Shown here one piece after another: positions 10,161 to 21,202 of a stretch of 32,000 bases of DNA. The notes below the pieces were generated by a model, which was not told the DNA's origin, did no database searches, and saw only the letters and a program-made list of their open reading frames with translations. Position 1 is the stretch's first letter, and the number at the start of each line of letters is the position of its first letter. A program made the position numbers and the translations under genes. The stretch is from the NCBI RefSeq assembly GCF_900105015.1, contig NZ_FNLK01000012.1, positions 60,001 to 92,000 of the forward strand, read 5' to 3'. Source of the stretch: Schaalia meyeri (GTDB taxonomy: Bacteria; Actinomycetota; Actinomycetes; Actinomycetales; Actinomycetaceae).

Positions 10161-10258
10161 GAGCGTTCACCCAGGGCGAGAAGGGGCCGGGGCCGCCCAG
10201 TACCTCCGCGCGAAAACCAGAGGACGCCTGGGCCCACCAGAGATGGAACAATGAGCGG

Positions 10259-11533
10259 GTGAGCACTCTGACACCCGTCCTGTCCTCCCCCGGCTGGGAG
10301 CTGCTTGAAACACTCCAGGCCCGCCAGGCCACCCACCCCATTTCGCTGACCGACCTGGGCGGCGCCCTGCGCGCATCCGGCGTGGAGGCGGACCTGGCCG
10401 CCGCCGTGCTCACCCAGCTGGCCCTGCGCCAGGCGGCGCGTAAGAAGTTTGGCCCCGTCGCCGCGCACATGGTGTTCACGCGCGACGGGTTGGAGCAGGC
10501 GACGCGCCTGGTCGTCGCCGCGCGGCACGCCCAACGGTTTTGCGACGCGGGCGCCAGCAGGGTCGCCGACCTGGGGTGCGGTATCGGAGCGGACGCCCTG
10601 GCCATCGCGGGCCTGGGGATGGATGTGCTCGCAGTCGACGTTGATCCCGACGCCGCGCAGGCCGCGGCCGCCAACCTGCGCGATTTCGAGGGGGCGCAGG
10701 TGCGCCTCGGGGACGTGATGGACCTGGACATCGCCGAGTTGGCGGCCGAGGGGGTCGACGCCATCTTCGCCGATCCCGCCAGGCGCACGGGCGCATCCCG
10801 GGGGTCAGCGCGCATCGCCGACCCAGAGCGTTGGTCCCCTCCCCTGTCCGCTGCCCTCAGGTGGGCGCAGACGATCAGCGCGGTCGGCATCAAGGTCGCG
10901 CCCGGCATCGCCTACGACCGCATCCCACCCACCTGGCACGCGCAGTGGGTCAGCGTGGAAGGAAACCTCGTCGAGGCCTCCCTGTGGTCTCCCGCCCTCG
11001 CCCCCGAGGGGCCGGGGCGCTCGTGCCTCCTCCTGGACCGGGCCGGGGCCGCCCACCGCCTCTGTTCGCCCGACGGGGAGGAGGCGAACGCGCCGGCAAC
11101 GCTCGTCGAGGTAGCGCCCCTGGGGGCCATGATCGCGGAGCCGGACCCGGCGGTCATCCGTTCGGGGATGCTCGGTCAGCTCGCCCGGCGCGTCGGCGCC
11201 GGCATCGTCTCCGAATCAATTGCCTACCTGACCGGGGACGATCTGCCAAGCAGCCCCTTCTACGACCGATTCGAGGTCCTGGCCGACACAAACCTGCGGG
11301 CCAAGGCGATCTCCTCGCAGCTGCGCGCACGCGGGGCGGGCAGCTGCGAGATCAAGAAACGCGGCGCCGACATCGATCCTGACGCCCTGCGCAAATCCCT
11401 CAAGCTGAGCGGGGGCGGGCGGCACCTGACCGTCATCGCGACGCGCGTGGGTGGGCGGCACCGCGCGATCATCTGCAAACGGTTGGCCTCACACCTGTCA
11501 GGAATCTCTCTGCCGCCGCGCCCGCTCCCCTGA
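10259..11533 (+). CDS. Class I SAM-dependent methyltransferase with C-terminal THUMP-like domain
   Basis: SAM motif I is VADLGCGIGADALAIAGLG, with the acidic post-I residue in VLAVDVD and FADPARR downstream. The C-terminal ~100 aa (IAYLTGDD...FEVL...LRARGAGSCEIKKRG) resembles the THUMP-like module of conserved actinobacterial methyltransferases. I chose the GTG at 10259 because the longer track ORF (from 10043) would cover the groES promoter and CIRCE. Confidence 0.7.
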   Translation: MSTLTPVLSSPGWELLETLQARQATHPISLTDLGGALRASGVEADLAAAVLTQLALRQAARKKFGPVAAHMVFTRDGLEQATRLVVAARHAQRFCDAGASRVADLGCGIGADALAIAGLGMDVLAVDVDPDAAQAAAANLRDFEGAQVRLGDVMDLDIAELAAEGVDAIFADPARRTGASRGSARIADPERWSPPLSAALRWAQTISAVGIKVAPGIAYDRIPPTWHAQWVSVEGNLVEASLWSPALAPEGPGRSCLLLDRAGAAHRLCSPDGEEANAPATLVEVAPLGAMIAEPDPAVIRSGMLGQLARRVGAGIVSESIAYLTGDDLPSSPFYDRFEVLADTNLRAKAISSQLRARGAGSCEIKKRGADIDPDALRKSLKLSGGGRHLTVIATRVGGRHRAIICKRLASHLSGISLPPRPLP

Positions 11534-11564
11534 CACAATGGAGGCAACCATCGAAAGGAACGAC

Positions 11565-12734
11565 ATGTCCTTGCCCTTCGGTTCCTCGAAGCGCTCAACT
11601 ATCGGCGTCGAGTGGGAGCTCCAGCTCGTAGACCGCGACTCCCACGACCTGCGCCAAAGCGCGGACGCCATCATCGACCGCGCCACGACCGACGGGCAGC
11701 TCTACCCCGGCATCCACCGCGAGATGCTGCTCAACACGATCGAGGTGGTCTCCAAGCCACGCGCCACCGTCGCCGAATGCCTCGCCGACCTCACGGAGTG
11801 CATCGACTACCTAACGCCCCTGGCCTCCGACCTGCGCATCGACCTGGCTACCGCCGGCACCCACCCCTTCGCGCGCCCCGGCCGCCAGCGCGTCACCGAC
11901 GCGGCCCGCTACGCGCAGCTGGTCGAACGCACCGCCTACTGGGGACACCAGATGCTGCTGTACGGCGTGCACGTCCACGTCGGCGTCGAAGACCGCACAA
12001 AGATCCTGCCCCTCCAGGCCGCCCTGACCGCCCGCCTCGGCCACCTGCAGGCCATCTCCGCTTCCTCCCCGTTCTGGGCGGGCGAAGACACAGGCTACGC
12101 CTCCAACCGCGCGATGGTGTTTCAGCAGCTGCCCACCGCGGGCATCCCCCACCAATTCGACACGTGGGCGGATCTGGAGTCCTACACTGACGACATGATC
12201 CACACCGGCGTCATCGAGGGATTCGACGAGGTTCGCTGGGACATCCGCCCCTCGCCGGCCTTCGGCACGATCGAGAACCGCGTCTACGACGCCGCCACGA
12301 ACGCCTTCGAGGTCGGCGTCTTCGCCGCCGTCACCCACGTCCTCGTCGAGTACTTCTCGCGCCTGCTCGACGCCGGCGAGCCCCTGCCCGTCCTGCCGGA
12401 CTGGTTCGTCGCAGAAAACAAGTGGCGCTCGGCGCGCTACGGCATGGACGCCACCCTGATCGTCTCCCGCGACGGCACCACTGAAAGCGCCCGCGAGGCA
12501 GTCGCGCGCCTTGGGGAGGAGCTCGCTCCCATCGCCGCCGACCTCGGTTGTGCGCGCGAGTTCGCCGGCCTGGAGACGATCCTGACGATCGGCGCCTCCT
12601 ACGAACGCCAACGCGCCGTCGCGGCTGCCGCGCGACCCGGCCAAGGCCTCGACGCTGTCGTGGATCTCATGCGCGCAGAGATGAGTGCCGGACGCCCCCT
12701 CGCCCTGGCCGAGTTCGCTACTCTTAACTCCTAG
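11565..12734 (+). CDS. Carboxylate-amine ligase, glutamate-cysteine ligase family 2 (YbdK-type)
   Basis: MSLPFGSSKRSTIGVEWELQLVD... is the typical GCS2 N-terminus. Also present are HVHVGV and RWDIRPSP...GTIENRVYD. The ATG at 11565 follows GAAAGGA. The in-frame ATG at 11538 is an alternative start. Confidence 0.85.
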   Translation: MSLPFGSSKRSTIGVEWELQLVDRDSHDLRQSADAIIDRATTDGQLYPGIHREMLLNTIEVVSKPRATVAECLADLTECIDYLTPLASDLRIDLATAGTHPFARPGRQRVTDAARYAQLVERTAYWGHQMLLYGVHVHVGVEDRTKILPLQAALTARLGHLQAISASSPFWAGEDTGYASNRAMVFQQLPTAGIPHQFDTWADLESYTDDMIHTGVIEGFDEVRWDIRPSPAFGTIENRVYDAATNAFEVGVFAAVTHVLVEYFSRLLDAGEPLPVLPDWFVAENKWRSARYGMDATLIVSRDGTTESAREAVARLGEELAPIAADLGCAREFAGLETILTIGASYERQRAVAAAARPGQGLDAVVDLMRAEMSAGRPLALAEFATLNS

Positions 12735-12876
12735 CCCACCCCACCCGCGCCCGCGCCCCAAGGCGACGCAGGCATACGCGACAATCGACACTTTCTCAGA
12801 GCCTTTTCAGGCCGCTTACAGAGCAATGTCGTATCCTTAACGCCGGAAAAGAACAAACCCGAGAGGACACCAGACC

Positions 12877-15561
12877 GTGGCTGAGGAACCGCACGGCTCA
12901 CAAACACCCGCGCCCAAAGAATCCGTACTGCGCAAATTCGTCACCCCTGTTGACACCACCCTCAGGACGCTGTGGCTTCTCCTGTCCTCGCTGGCGCGAC
13001 TCACCGTCCGATGGCTATCGCGATGCCCGGCCACAACGATCGTCACGATCGCGCTCACAATCTGCTCCGCCACCTACTGGGTGTGGCGCGACCAGTTCAC
13101 CACCCTCGAAGCGACCCCCTCCCTGTCCCACTGGTGGTCGATCTTTTCCTCCATCGGCGCGATCCCCGGCAACTTCATCGCCTCCGCGGTACTCGGCATC
13201 GTCACCATGATCATCGCCGGTGGCGCGGCGGAACGCCACCTGGGGACGCGGGCGTGGGTGTGCGCCGCCCTGGCCGGACAGGTCATCGGGGTCACCGCGA
13301 CCTGGCTGACCCTCCCCCTGCTCACAGCCACCTTCTCCATGTGGGGGAAAGCCATCGACGGGGGCACCCTGTGGGGTACCAGCCTCATCCTCGTCGCCCT
13401 CGCGGGGGCCGCCGGTGAATCGCTCGGCTCGCGCTGGCGGTGGCGTGCCCGCTTCCTCCTCATCGGCGTGCTGGTCCTCTCCTCCGCCATCCTGGGGTCG
13501 GCGATCTCCTACGCGCGAGTCTGGGCGCTCCTGGCGGGAATTCTCGCCGCGCGCCTGGTCGGCGTGCGCGGACCGCGCTCCGACTCCAGCGACGACACCA
13601 CGATCAGGCGTCAACTTGCTTCCATCGCAGCCCTGTGTTGGGCGTGCGCCGCCGCGCTGACCGTCGTCGCCTCCTCCCAGGAGGGGCCGCTCGCCCAGAT
13701 GCGCTGGTCGCTGGGACCCGCCTGGTGGCTCGAGGGCCGCACGGGCGTCCTCACGACCCTCCTGTGCCTCATGCCCATCATGCTGCAGGTCATCTTCGCC
13801 TACGGCCTGCGTAAAGGCAGGCGCGCCGCGTATTTTGGCACCCTCGCGCTCCAGACCATCCTCGGCCTGTCGACGATCGCCTCCACCGCCGTCGCGCTCC
13901 TGGAGAGAGCCGATTCGAACGGGAATCTCCCCCCGGAACTTTTCACGACCGCTTCCTTCCTGCTCGTCCCGGTCATCTTGAACCTGACGCTGTGCGTCAT
14001 CACGTGGTGGATGCGCCGTTCCTTCACGATTCACGCGCAGCGCTCCACGACCTCTGCCCTGCTGCGGCGCTGGGTGACCCTCATGATCGGCTGCGCGCTC
14101 GCGGTCCTCGTGCTCGGCTTCCTAACCAGCGACTCTTTCGTCCCCTTCGATGTTCTCGCCTCCGGAGATGACCTCACCGTCACGGACAACGCCAGCCCGC
14201 TGCAGATCTTCCACGACTACCTCCTGGCCCTCCTGCCGACCGCGACCGCATCGATCTTTGAGCCGACCCTGGTTCCCATGACTCTCTTCGCGGAAGCGCC
14301 CGTCCTGTGGATCCCGCTCGTCGCCTGGGCGGGCACCCTCGGCATCATGTTGAACGCGCTCCTCACCCGGCCGAGGATTCCCCTGTCCTCCCCGCTCGAG
14401 GACCTCGCTTCCCTCGTGCGCACGCACGGGGGCGGCACCCTCGGCTGGATGAGCAACTGGGACGGGAACCTGGTGTGGGTCTCGCCGAACGCAAACGCCG
14501 GCGGCGCCTACCGGGGAGCTGGCGGCGTCGCCCTGACCGTCACCGACCTGGCCTACGAACCGGGCAAGGCCTCGGAGGCGATCGCCGAGTTCTCCCGTTT
14601 TGCCGCCGCGTCGGGCCTGACCCCGGCCCTCTATTCCATTCACGAGGAGCTCGCGGACGCGGCCCGAGAGGCCGGGTGGACCATCATGCAGGTCGCCGAA
14701 GAGTCCCTGCTTGACCTGCCGGGGCTGGCCTTTAGGGGCAAGGTCTACCAGGACGTGCGCACCGCCATGAACCACGCAACCCGCGAGGGCGTCGAGGCCG
14801 TGTGGACCACCTGGAATGACTGCCCCGCGGGGTGGAAAGACCAAATCACCGTCATCTCCGACACGTGGAGCGCCGACAAGTCCCTGCCCGAAATGGGCTT
14901 CACGCTCGGCGGCGTGCGCGAACTCGCTATCCCCGAGACACGCATCCTCGTCGCGATCGACTCTGAGCACACGATCCACGCCGTCACCTCCTGGCTGCCG
15001 ATCTACCGCGACGGGCAGGTCATCGGGTTGACCCTGGATGTGATGCGCAGGCGCGCGGACGGCTGGCGCCCCGCCATCGAGTTCCTGATCGGCAAGGCCG
15101 CCCTCGCCGCACAGGAGGAGGGGCTCGAGCTCCTCTCGCTCTCCGGCGCGCCCCTGGCCCGCTCGCAGGACGACACCTCGGCCTTCGGACCGCTCACCGA
15201 CGCCCTGGCCGCCATCATGGAACCCCTCTACGGGTTCGCCTCCCTGCACGCTTTCAAACGCAAGTTCAAGCCGCGCACGCAGCCCCTCTACCTGGCCGTT
15301 CCCGGCCCCACGTCGCTGGCCACCGTCGGCATGGCCATCGCGCACGCCTACGTCCCCTCCGTTCGCCCCGCACAGACGCTCACGCTCGTCGCCTCCGTCA
15401 CCGGAGGCCTCGCCAAGCTCGCCGCCCGAGGGGTGGACGACCTCCGCTCGGCTCGCGCTTCGCAGCGCCAGGAAGCCGCCGCCCCCTCCCACCCCAAGAC
15501 CACGCGCAACGACGAAGCGACCGCGGCCTCATCGGCAAACGACAAGAAGGAAAAGCAATGA
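12877..15561 (+). CDS. Polytopic membrane protein with C-terminal aminoacyl-phosphatidylglycerol synthase (MprF/LysX-type, LPG_synthase_C/DUF2156) domain and rhomboid-like N-terminal module
   Basis: 894 aa with about 14 hydrophobic segments in the first ~480 aa. C-terminal hallmark motifs are LTLDVMRRRADGWRPAIEFLIGKA, LELLSLSGAPLA and FKRKFKPRTQPLYLAV. Residues ~85-225 show GGAAERHLGT, WGTSLILVALAG and YARVWALLAG, which resemble rhomboid TM2-3, TM4 and TM6 motifs. GTG start at 12877. Confidence 0.8.
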   Translation: MAEEPHGSQTPAPKESVLRKFVTPVDTTLRTLWLLLSSLARLTVRWLSRCPATTIVTIALTICSATYWVWRDQFTTLEATPSLSHWWSIFSSIGAIPGNFIASAVLGIVTMIIAGGAAERHLGTRAWVCAALAGQVIGVTATWLTLPLLTATFSMWGKAIDGGTLWGTSLILVALAGAAGESLGSRWRWRARFLLIGVLVLSSAILGSAISYARVWALLAGILAARLVGVRGPRSDSSDDTTIRRQLASIAALCWACAAALTVVASSQEGPLAQMRWSLGPAWWLEGRTGVLTTLLCLMPIMLQVIFAYGLRKGRRAAYFGTLALQTILGLSTIASTAVALLERADSNGNLPPELFTTASFLLVPVILNLTLCVITWWMRRSFTIHAQRSTTSALLRRWVTLMIGCALAVLVLGFLTSDSFVPFDVLASGDDLTVTDNASPLQIFHDYLLALLPTATASIFEPTLVPMTLFAEAPVLWIPLVAWAGTLGIMLNALLTRPRIPLSSPLEDLASLVRTHGGGTLGWMSNWDGNLVWVSPNANAGGAYRGAGGVALTVTDLAYEPGKASEAIAEFSRFAAASGLTPALYSIHEELADAAREAGWTIMQVAEESLLDLPGLAFRGKVYQDVRTAMNHATREGVEAVWTTWNDCPAGWKDQITVISDTWSADKSLPEMGFTLGGVRELAIPETRILVAIDSEHTIHAVTSWLPIYRDGQVIGLTLDVMRRRADGWRPAIEFLIGKAALAAQEEGLELLSLSGAPLARSQDDTSAFGPLTDALAAIMEPLYGFASLHAFKRKFKPRTQPLYLAVPGPTSLATVGMAIAHAYVPSVRPAQTLTLVASVTGGLAKLAARGVDDLRSARASQRQEAAAPSHPKTTRNDEATAASSANDKKEKQ

Positions 15562-17135
15562 GCTTCCTCGGTTCTATTTCTCTCCTCTCCAACAAGACCC
15601 TCGGGGTGGTGTTTGCGCTCACGGTTGTGTCCCTGCTCGCGGGCGCGCTGCTCCTGCCCCGCTTCGTCCCCGCGCGCTGCCCCCGCCGGGTCAAGCGTTG
15701 GCTCGGTCGTACTGTCATCATCCTGGTACCCACGCTCCTCTTCACCGCCTCCGGAGCGCTGGTCTTTAACCGTTCCCTCGGGATAGTCAAGACCAGCGGG
15801 GACCTCGGCAGGATTATCGCCTCCAGTATCTTTGGCACCCAAAAGGCCACGGGCGGGGAGGCAAAACCCGAGAAGCAGCCCATCGAGGAGTCGCCCGAGC
15901 TCAACGCCACCTTCGAGCGGGATGAGAACGGTCTGCTCACCGCCACGTGGACCGGACCCACGAGCGGAATCACCCAGCCCATCCACGTGATCACTCCCCG
16001 CGACTATTCGCCCAACGACGGCAAGAGCTACGGGGTCATCGAGCTGCTCCACGGCTACCCCGGCGGTGCCGACGGCATTCTGCAGGGCCTCAACGTCCAA
16101 GAAGCGCTGGACAACGCCATCGACTCCGGCCTGATTCCGCCGACGATCGTCGTTGCCCCCTCGCTCAACGTTGATGAAAACGAGCACGATTGCGGCGACT
16201 TCAACGGGCGCCCCGCCGTCTTTACCTGGTCCGCGCGGGAGGTTCCCGCCATGATTCGCCACAACTTCCCGGGCACCTCTGCCGACCGCAACGCGTGGAT
16301 GATCGGCGGGTTCTCCGCCGGCGCCTACTGCGCTGTCTGGACGGCCCTGCGCGCCTCCGACACGTACGGAGCCGCGGCGATGATATCGGGCTACAACACC
16401 CAGATCGAAGGGCAGATGAAGAACCAGGGCACCCAGTACCTGGAGGAAAACACCCTGTCCACGATGCTCGCCACGCGTTCGCCCGACGGAATGCGGATCT
16501 ATGCCATGGCCGCCGCGGACGACGGGGCGGGTGGCGCCGCCGCAGCACTGGCGATGGCTAATTCCGTCAAGGAACCCGACAGCGTTACCACCGACATACC
16601 TCCGACCGGCGGGCACGCGGGGCCGCTCTGGAATGAAAAGTTCCCCACCATGCTCGCGTGGTGGGGGTCCTCCGACAACGTTTCCACGGCCCTGGGTGCG
16701 ACGCCAACCTCCCAGGCCGCGCGCGCGTCCTCCGAGTACGCCTCCATCGTTACCGCGACGACCGTCAAACCCCGATTCCGCCCCTTGGCTCCCAACAGCC
16801 TCGGGGCGTTCGCCGTCATGTTCCTGATAGCCCTGGGGTTCGTGGTCATCGCCTGGCGCTGCGCCGGAACGTGGCGATTGGCTCCGAAGGACGAGGACTC
16901 CGAGGTGGCCGCGTCCCAATCGCGCTACTGTCGGCCCGCAACGCCGCGCCCCATCGCGGCGCTTCCCCGCCCCGTTGGGGCATGCGTGGCCTATCTGGCC
17001 CGGCTGACGTCTCTGGGCCTGGCTGTCACGACGAGCACGGTATTGCTGGGCATCATTTCAAACATCTTCGGGGGCTTTTACACCTCGTGGGGGTCCGTCG
17101 CCTTGACCCTCACCAGGACTCTCGGCCGCGGTTAG
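15558..17135 (+). CDS. Membrane-anchored alpha/beta-hydrolase of the 'putative esterase' (esterase D / Ag85-like) family
   Basis: The ATG at 15558 overlaps the upstream TGA (ATGA). There are two N-terminal TM helices, then a catalytic region with VIELLHGYPGG, nucleophile elbow GGFSAGA and a candidate His in PTGGHAGPLW. Three C-terminal TM helices follow. Confidence 0.7.
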   Translation: MSFLGSISLLSNKTLGVVFALTVVSLLAGALLLPRFVPARCPRRVKRWLGRTVIILVPTLLFTASGALVFNRSLGIVKTSGDLGRIIASSIFGTQKATGGEAKPEKQPIEESPELNATFERDENGLLTATWTGPTSGITQPIHVITPRDYSPNDGKSYGVIELLHGYPGGADGILQGLNVQEALDNAIDSGLIPPTIVVAPSLNVDENEHDCGDFNGRPAVFTWSAREVPAMIRHNFPGTSADRNAWMIGGFSAGAYCAVWTALRASDTYGAAAMISGYNTQIEGQMKNQGTQYLEENTLSTMLATRSPDGMRIYAMAAADDGAGGAAAALAMANSVKEPDSVTTDIPPTGGHAGPLWNEKFPTMLAWWGSSDNVSTALGATPTSQAARASSEYASIVTATTVKPRFRPLAPNSLGAFAVMFLIALGFVVIAWRCAGTWRLAPKDEDSEVAASQSRYCRPATPRPIAALPRPVGACVAYLARLTSLGLAVTTSTVLLGIISNIFGGFYTSWGSVALTLTRTLGRG

Positions 17136-17149
17136 CTGGCACCAGCCCC

Positions 17150-18205
17150 TCACGCGCGCGGTGCGACGTACGTCGTCGTGAGCTCCATGCCCGAATCCGG
17201 CGAGAAATCCCAATTCGACGGGGGCAGGTCGGCCGCGACCAGCTCCGATCCGATGGCCGCGATCTGTGCGCCGTTGTCCGTGCAAAAGCGCAGCGGGGGC
17301 ATGCGAAGCTGCACCCCGGCGGCGCGGGCGCGCTCGGCGAGCAGGGAACGCAGCCTCGAGTTGGCAGAGAAGCCGCCGCCCACGACGATCGTGTTGCAGC
17401 CCGTGTCCAGGGCGGCGCGCACCGCCTTTGACGTGAGCGAGTCGTTGACGGCCTCGCAGAAGGCGGCGCACACGTCAGCGCTGTCGACCTCCTCGCCGCG
17501 CGCCCGCGTTCCCTCGATGTAGCGGGCGACCGCGGTCTTTAATCCCGAGAAGGAAAAGTCGTATCGGTACCGTTCCTTGTCCTTGCCCGCGGCGAGCCCG
17601 CGGGGGAAGCGGATCGCGTCGCGGTCACCCTGCTGGGAGAGCCGATCCACGTGGGGGCCGCCCGGATACGGCAAGCCCAGCAGGCGCCCCACCTTGTCGA
17701 AGGCTTCGCCCGCCGCGTCGTCCAGCGTCCCTCCCAGCTCGACGACGTCCGTCGCGATGTCCCGGATCTCCAGGATGTTCGAGTGGCCGCCGGAGACGAC
17801 CAGGCCGATGAAGTGTTCCGGGAGGGGACCGTCGGCCAGCTTGTCCACGGCGAGGTGGCCGATCACGTGGTTCACGCCGTACAGAGGCTTGCCCAGGGAG
17901 GAGGCGAGGGCCTTCGCCGCGCAAATCCCGACGGTCAACGATCCGACGAGGCCCGGGCCGGCCGCGACCGCGATCGCGTCGACGTCCGCCAGGGTGACTC
18001 CGGCCTCGTCCAGGGCGGCGTCCAGGGTCGGCAGGAACGACTCTAAGTGCGCGCGCGACGCGATCTCGGGGATGATGCCGCCGTAGCGCGCATACTCGTC
18101 CATCGACGTCGCCGTGCGGTCGACGAGCAGGCGTGTGCCGCGCACCAGGCCGACGCCCGTCTCGTCGCACGTTGACTCAATACCAAGGACCAGGGGTTCG
18201 CTCAC
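17150..18205 (-). CDS. tsaD: tRNA N6-adenosine threonylcarbamoyltransferase TsaD
   Basis: VSEPLVLGIESTCDETGVGLV..., HLESFLP, VVSGGHS and GGGFSANSRLR are present. I chose the GTG at 18203-18205 by homologue length. The in-frame GTG at 18211 and the TTG at 18226 (track start) are alternatives. Confidence 0.9.
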   Translation of the reverse strand: MSEPLVLGIESTCDETGVGLVRGTRLLVDRTATSMDEYARYGGIIPEIASRAHLESFLPTLDAALDEAGVTLADVDAIAVAAGPGLVGSLTVGICAAKALASSLGKPLYGVNHVIGHLAVDKLADGPLPEHFIGLVVSGGHSNILEIRDIATDVVELGGTLDDAAGEAFDKVGRLLGLPYPGGPHVDRLSQQGDRDAIRFPRGLAAGKDKERYRYDFSFSGLKTAVARYIEGTRARGEEVDSADVCAAFCEAVNDSLTSKAVRAALDTGCNTIVVGGGFSANSRLRSLLAERARAAGVQLRMPPLRFCTDNGAQIAAIGSELVAADLPPSNWDFSPDSGMELTTTYVAPRA

Positions 18206-18378
18206 GCGCACTAGTCTATGCCGCAACGATGCGAGGCGCGCCCGCGAGTGCGATCACCGCTGCCGCGGGCCTATCGTCGCATCTTGCGTGGGGCGCGCCG
18301 ATAGCGCGTTGGTTCCGACACCACCGATTCCACCCCCCACGCTGCCCCTCAGACAACGAACTACCCCGATACATGAAA

Positions 18379-18424
18379 CTCCCCGGAAGAAGGAACTGAC
18401 AACCTCAGTCCAACTTCCGGGGAG
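18379..18424 (-). terminator. Candidate terminator hairpin downstream of sdhB
   Basis: ctccccggaag (18379-18389) pairs with cttccggggag (18414-18424), giving an 11-bp stem with a 24-nt loop. On the minus strand it is followed by tttcatg. The large loop lowers confidence. Confidence 0.4.
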
Positions 18425-18466
18425 CACGTCACTGGCACGCCGGGCCCGTCGTGCCGCTTCAGCCGG

Positions 18467-19206
18467 TCACACGCCCTTGAAGGCGGCCTTTCCGAGCTGG
18501 CGGTTCAGGTGTGCGATCACATCAAGCGGGATCTCCTTCGGGCAGACCGCGGCACACTCGCCGATGTTCGAGCAGGAGCCGAAGCCCTCCTCGTCCATCT
18601 GGTTGAGCATGGCGACCACGCGCCTGTAGTTCTCGGGTTTGCCCTGGGGCAGCAGGCCGAGGTGCGTGACCTTCGCCGAGGTGAACAGCATGGCCGACGC
18701 GTTCGGGCAGGCCGCCACGCACGCGCCGCAACCGATGCAGGCGGCGGCTTCGAACGCGCGTTCCGCGTCCTGCTTGGGAACCGGGGTCGCGTGCGCGTCG
18801 GGGGCCGCACCCGTGTTCACGGAGATGTAGCCGCCCGCCTGGATGATGCGATCCAGGGCGCCGCGGTTGACCACCAGGTCCTTGATGATCGGGAAGCCTT
18901 CCGCGCGCCACGGTTCGATCGTGATGACGTCGCCATCGCTAAAGGAACGCATGTGCAGCTGGCAGGTCGTGGTGACCTCCGGGCCGTGAGCGATACCGTT
19001 GATGACGATGCCGCACTGGCCGCAGATGCCCTCGCGACAGTCGGAGTCGAAGGCGATGGGTTCCTCGCCGCGCGCGAAGAGCTCTTCGTTCAAGACGTCG
19101 AGCATCTCCAGGAACGAGGACTCTTCCGAGATTCCCTTCACCTGGTATTCATGAATTGCGCCTTTGTCGTCAGGACCGTTTTGGCGCCAGATCCTCAGTG
19201 TCAGGT

Positions 19207-19210
<4 letters not shown>
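18467..19210 (-). CDS. sdhB: Succinate dehydrogenase / fumarate reductase iron-sulfur subunit
   Basis: 247 aa. The 2Fe-2S motif is [10 protein letters not shown], and the 4Fe-4S and 3Fe-4S motifs are [12 protein letters not shown] and [12 protein letters not shown]. Its start overlaps the sdhA stop by 4 bp. Confidence 0.9.
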
Positions 19211-21186
<1,976 letters not shown>

Positions 21187-21202
21187 GATTGAGTGCCCTT
21201 CC

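Noticed and set aside
10043-10258. 5' extensions of track ORFs: methyltransferase from 10043, guaB to 4955, tsaE to 24039, alr to 25553, glmS to 29029, coaA from 27986, GCS2 from 11451, sdhC to 21988.
   Set aside because: The extensions are Pro/Arg/Ala-rich with no homology-like sequence. They overlap neighbouring genes or the groES promoter/CIRCE. Internal starts give N-termini matching the families, for example MCGIVG for GlmS.
10259-12734. The GCS2 ligase plus methyltransferase as an ergothioneine (EgtA/EgtD) cluster.
   Set aside because: The methyltransferase has a generic class I fold with a THUMP-like tail, not the EgtD histidine-methyltransferase architecture. No egtB, egtC or egtE-like genes are nearby.
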